64,000 nt of DNA from assembly GCF_009914755.1 (NCBI RefSeq), contig NC_060935.1. The stretch is one strand, 5' to 3'. Below, in pieces: positions 61,808 through 64,000 of the stretch (position 1 is the stretch's first letter; each line of letters opens with the position of its first letter). The stretch comes from the human T2T-CHM13v2.0 reference genome, Homo sapiens. A model generated the notes under the pieces. The model was not told the origin of the DNA. It did not search any database and saw only the letters and a list, made by a program, of their open reading frames with translations. The position numbers and the translations under genes are program-made.

Positions 61808-62504
61808 TTGTTTCTGCTTGGAGATAGGGAGTAGGAGATACCTGGAGTCATAGAATTTGAGGTACCTAGTGAGGGCATTGGGCATTGAGAAAAGGAACTT
61901 TCCAAATTGCAATAAACTTACAAAAAGTTGTCAAGTATCTTTTTAAATACATTATCATTTACAACATGTCTACCTTGCATGTTCAATGTTCTATGTCCTA
62001 TTTCAGTCACTGATTTTACGAACCCAGAGACATGAAGCAGTAACCAAATGTTACACAGCAAGTGGGTACAAAGCTGTGATATGGAGTCTCTGACTTTGTA
62101 TTAAACTGTACAGGCCTTTGTATTAAATCATAATTTATATTCCACCTATTTCCTAAAATAATTTGTAGCAGTTTTTAATAAAATGCATATAAACAGCATC
62201 ATAAATATCATGAGGTAGCACAGGATAGTGCCCATCCGGTCATTGCTTAATGACCTACTTTTTTCTAATTTACTCTACTTTGGGGCTATCAGGCTGCTAG
62301 TAAAAGGTTGCAGAACTCATTCTTCAATAAGCTGCATAGCTTGGAGGAAATAGACAAAATGCAATTTAGTTAGAGTTTATTTTATACTTGGGATACCTAC
62401 CCTGCCCTCACTCTCATTTAGTTTTGCCTGTAAAGTCAAAATAACTAATTAGTAAGATCAGTTTCATCCAATGAAATGTCCTCTTTCTTTTTTCTTAAAA
62501 ATGA

Positions 62505-62540
62505 TGTGTGTGTATGTGTGTGTGTGTGTGTGTATGTATG
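62505..62540. repeat. (TG)n microsatellite, interrupted
   Basis: direct reading. Confidence 0.9.
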
Positions 62541-63391
62541 TTTTAATTACATCAAGCATAAGGTAAATTTAAACATATTCAAAAACCCTTACAGTTCAAT
62601 GGGAAGAAAAGATGCTGGACCTCAGTTTCTCCAGCAGTACTATAGATTACCAGTCAGTGATGGCTCTCGTCCTTTACTTCCTTGAGTGAAAGTCCTGTGA
62701 GTGAGAATTCAGCAGACAGGCACACATAAGTTCAGTTACAGTTCTGCTCTATCCTTGGGATTCCCTGGCTTCACCTGCCTTTTTGATAAGTGATGCTAGT
62801 GTGATCTTATTTTATTCAAATAATTCACTTTCTCTTAAGAAACATATGCTTCATTTTATCTCTTCTACTTTCTAGGTGCTGTTCTCAGTAGTTCTAAAGA
62901 AAACATTTTGAGTACTGTCTATAACTTTATGTAGATATGTTACATTTGTTATTGGTTTTAGGAAAATCTCTAAATATCTGTGACTGTTACCAAACTTCTC
63001 TAGACCGCCTTTCATCAGTTCCCTTTATGTTCTTTCTTGCCGATACTCTGAGTACAATATCTTCCCTCTTCAGCAGCTTTCAGCCCTTCTCACTCCTCTC
63101 TGCTCAACTTTTAATCTTCTGTTTTCATCTTGCACTTATTCTTTCCAAGTAAAATACGTATCTCAATCTGCGATTTAAAAGTCCATAGGATTTGAAGTAA
63201 AATAGAGATATATTCCTTGCTGAGTGCATTTTCTCCAAAATTAATATTTGGAGCCTTAAAGTAAGAAGCCCTTTTAAAAAACAAAGTGCATAGTCAAAAG
63301 GTGCAAATTCAATTATAAGTCATTGTATTAGTAGCCTAAATAAGAAAGGGTATATTTAACATAGGTTTGAAGACATAATGGATTTTCTTGG

Positions 63392-63791
63392 TGCTAGATA
63401 CTAAATTATACCCCCTCCCCACCACTAAATTCGTATATTGAGGCCCCTAATCCCAATGTGAATTTACTTGAAAATGCGGTCTTTGAGAGATAATTTAGGT
63501 TTTGATGAGGTCATGATTGCAGAGCCATCATGATGGGAAAAGTCCACATATAAGAAAAGAATGAGACATCAGAGTTATCTCTCTGTGCAAGCACAAAGGA
63601 AAGGCCATGATAGGATGGAGAGAGAAAGCATCCATCTGCAACTTTATGGAGAGAGCTCTCACTGGACTCTGGCCTTACTGGCACCTTGATCTTGGACTTG
63701 TTGTCTCAAGAACTGTAAGAAAATAAATTTAGGTTATTTAAGGCACTCAGGCTATGTTATTTTGTTATGGCTGCCCAAGTTGAATAAGCCA
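63392..63791 (+). mobile_element. MLT1A-like LTR
   Basis: aaattcgtatattgaggccc...gatgaggtcatg...ggcaccttgatcttggactt...ttttgttatggc. Confidence 0.82.
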
Positions 63792-64000
63792 CTTGGTATA
63801 CCATCTGTAAGTTTCATTTAGGACAGGAAGGATGATCATGAGTTTAGGAACCAGAGTTCTCTGTAAAATTCTCAGCTTCATTACTTATTCAGTGAGAACT
63901 TAAGCAAAGTATTTAATTTTTCTTAGTTTTATTTTTCTTTATTATTAAGAGTAGGTAAGAATACATCTTCAATATGGAAAGACATAATTTTGGGGCTGCA

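Overview
AT-rich primate (most likely human) non-coding DNA. I can support no intact protein-coding gene, RNA gene or CRISPR array; most of the supplied ORFs are repeat-derived or chance ORFs. The window is a layered record of transposable elements: about 11 Alus, several long antisense L1 remnants, ERV LTRs (LTR1-like, MER50, MLT2 with ERVL gag, a HERV-H LTR7, THE1 x2, MLT1/MST), hAT MITEs, MIRs and L2s. It also holds one full-length RPS2 processed pseudogene. The three best observations are: (1) a nested RPS2 retrocopy + twin-primed L1 + AluY block enclosed by one 14-bp target-site duplication (TSD); (2) a near-consensus AluY with a 46-nt tail and perfect TSD, a likely recent or polymorphic insertion; (3) a solo LTR7 with an apparently extra 31-bp U3 repeat unit. 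I found no evidence of a new biological system. Subfamily names come from recalled consensus sequences and need RepeatMasker/Dfam confirmation.
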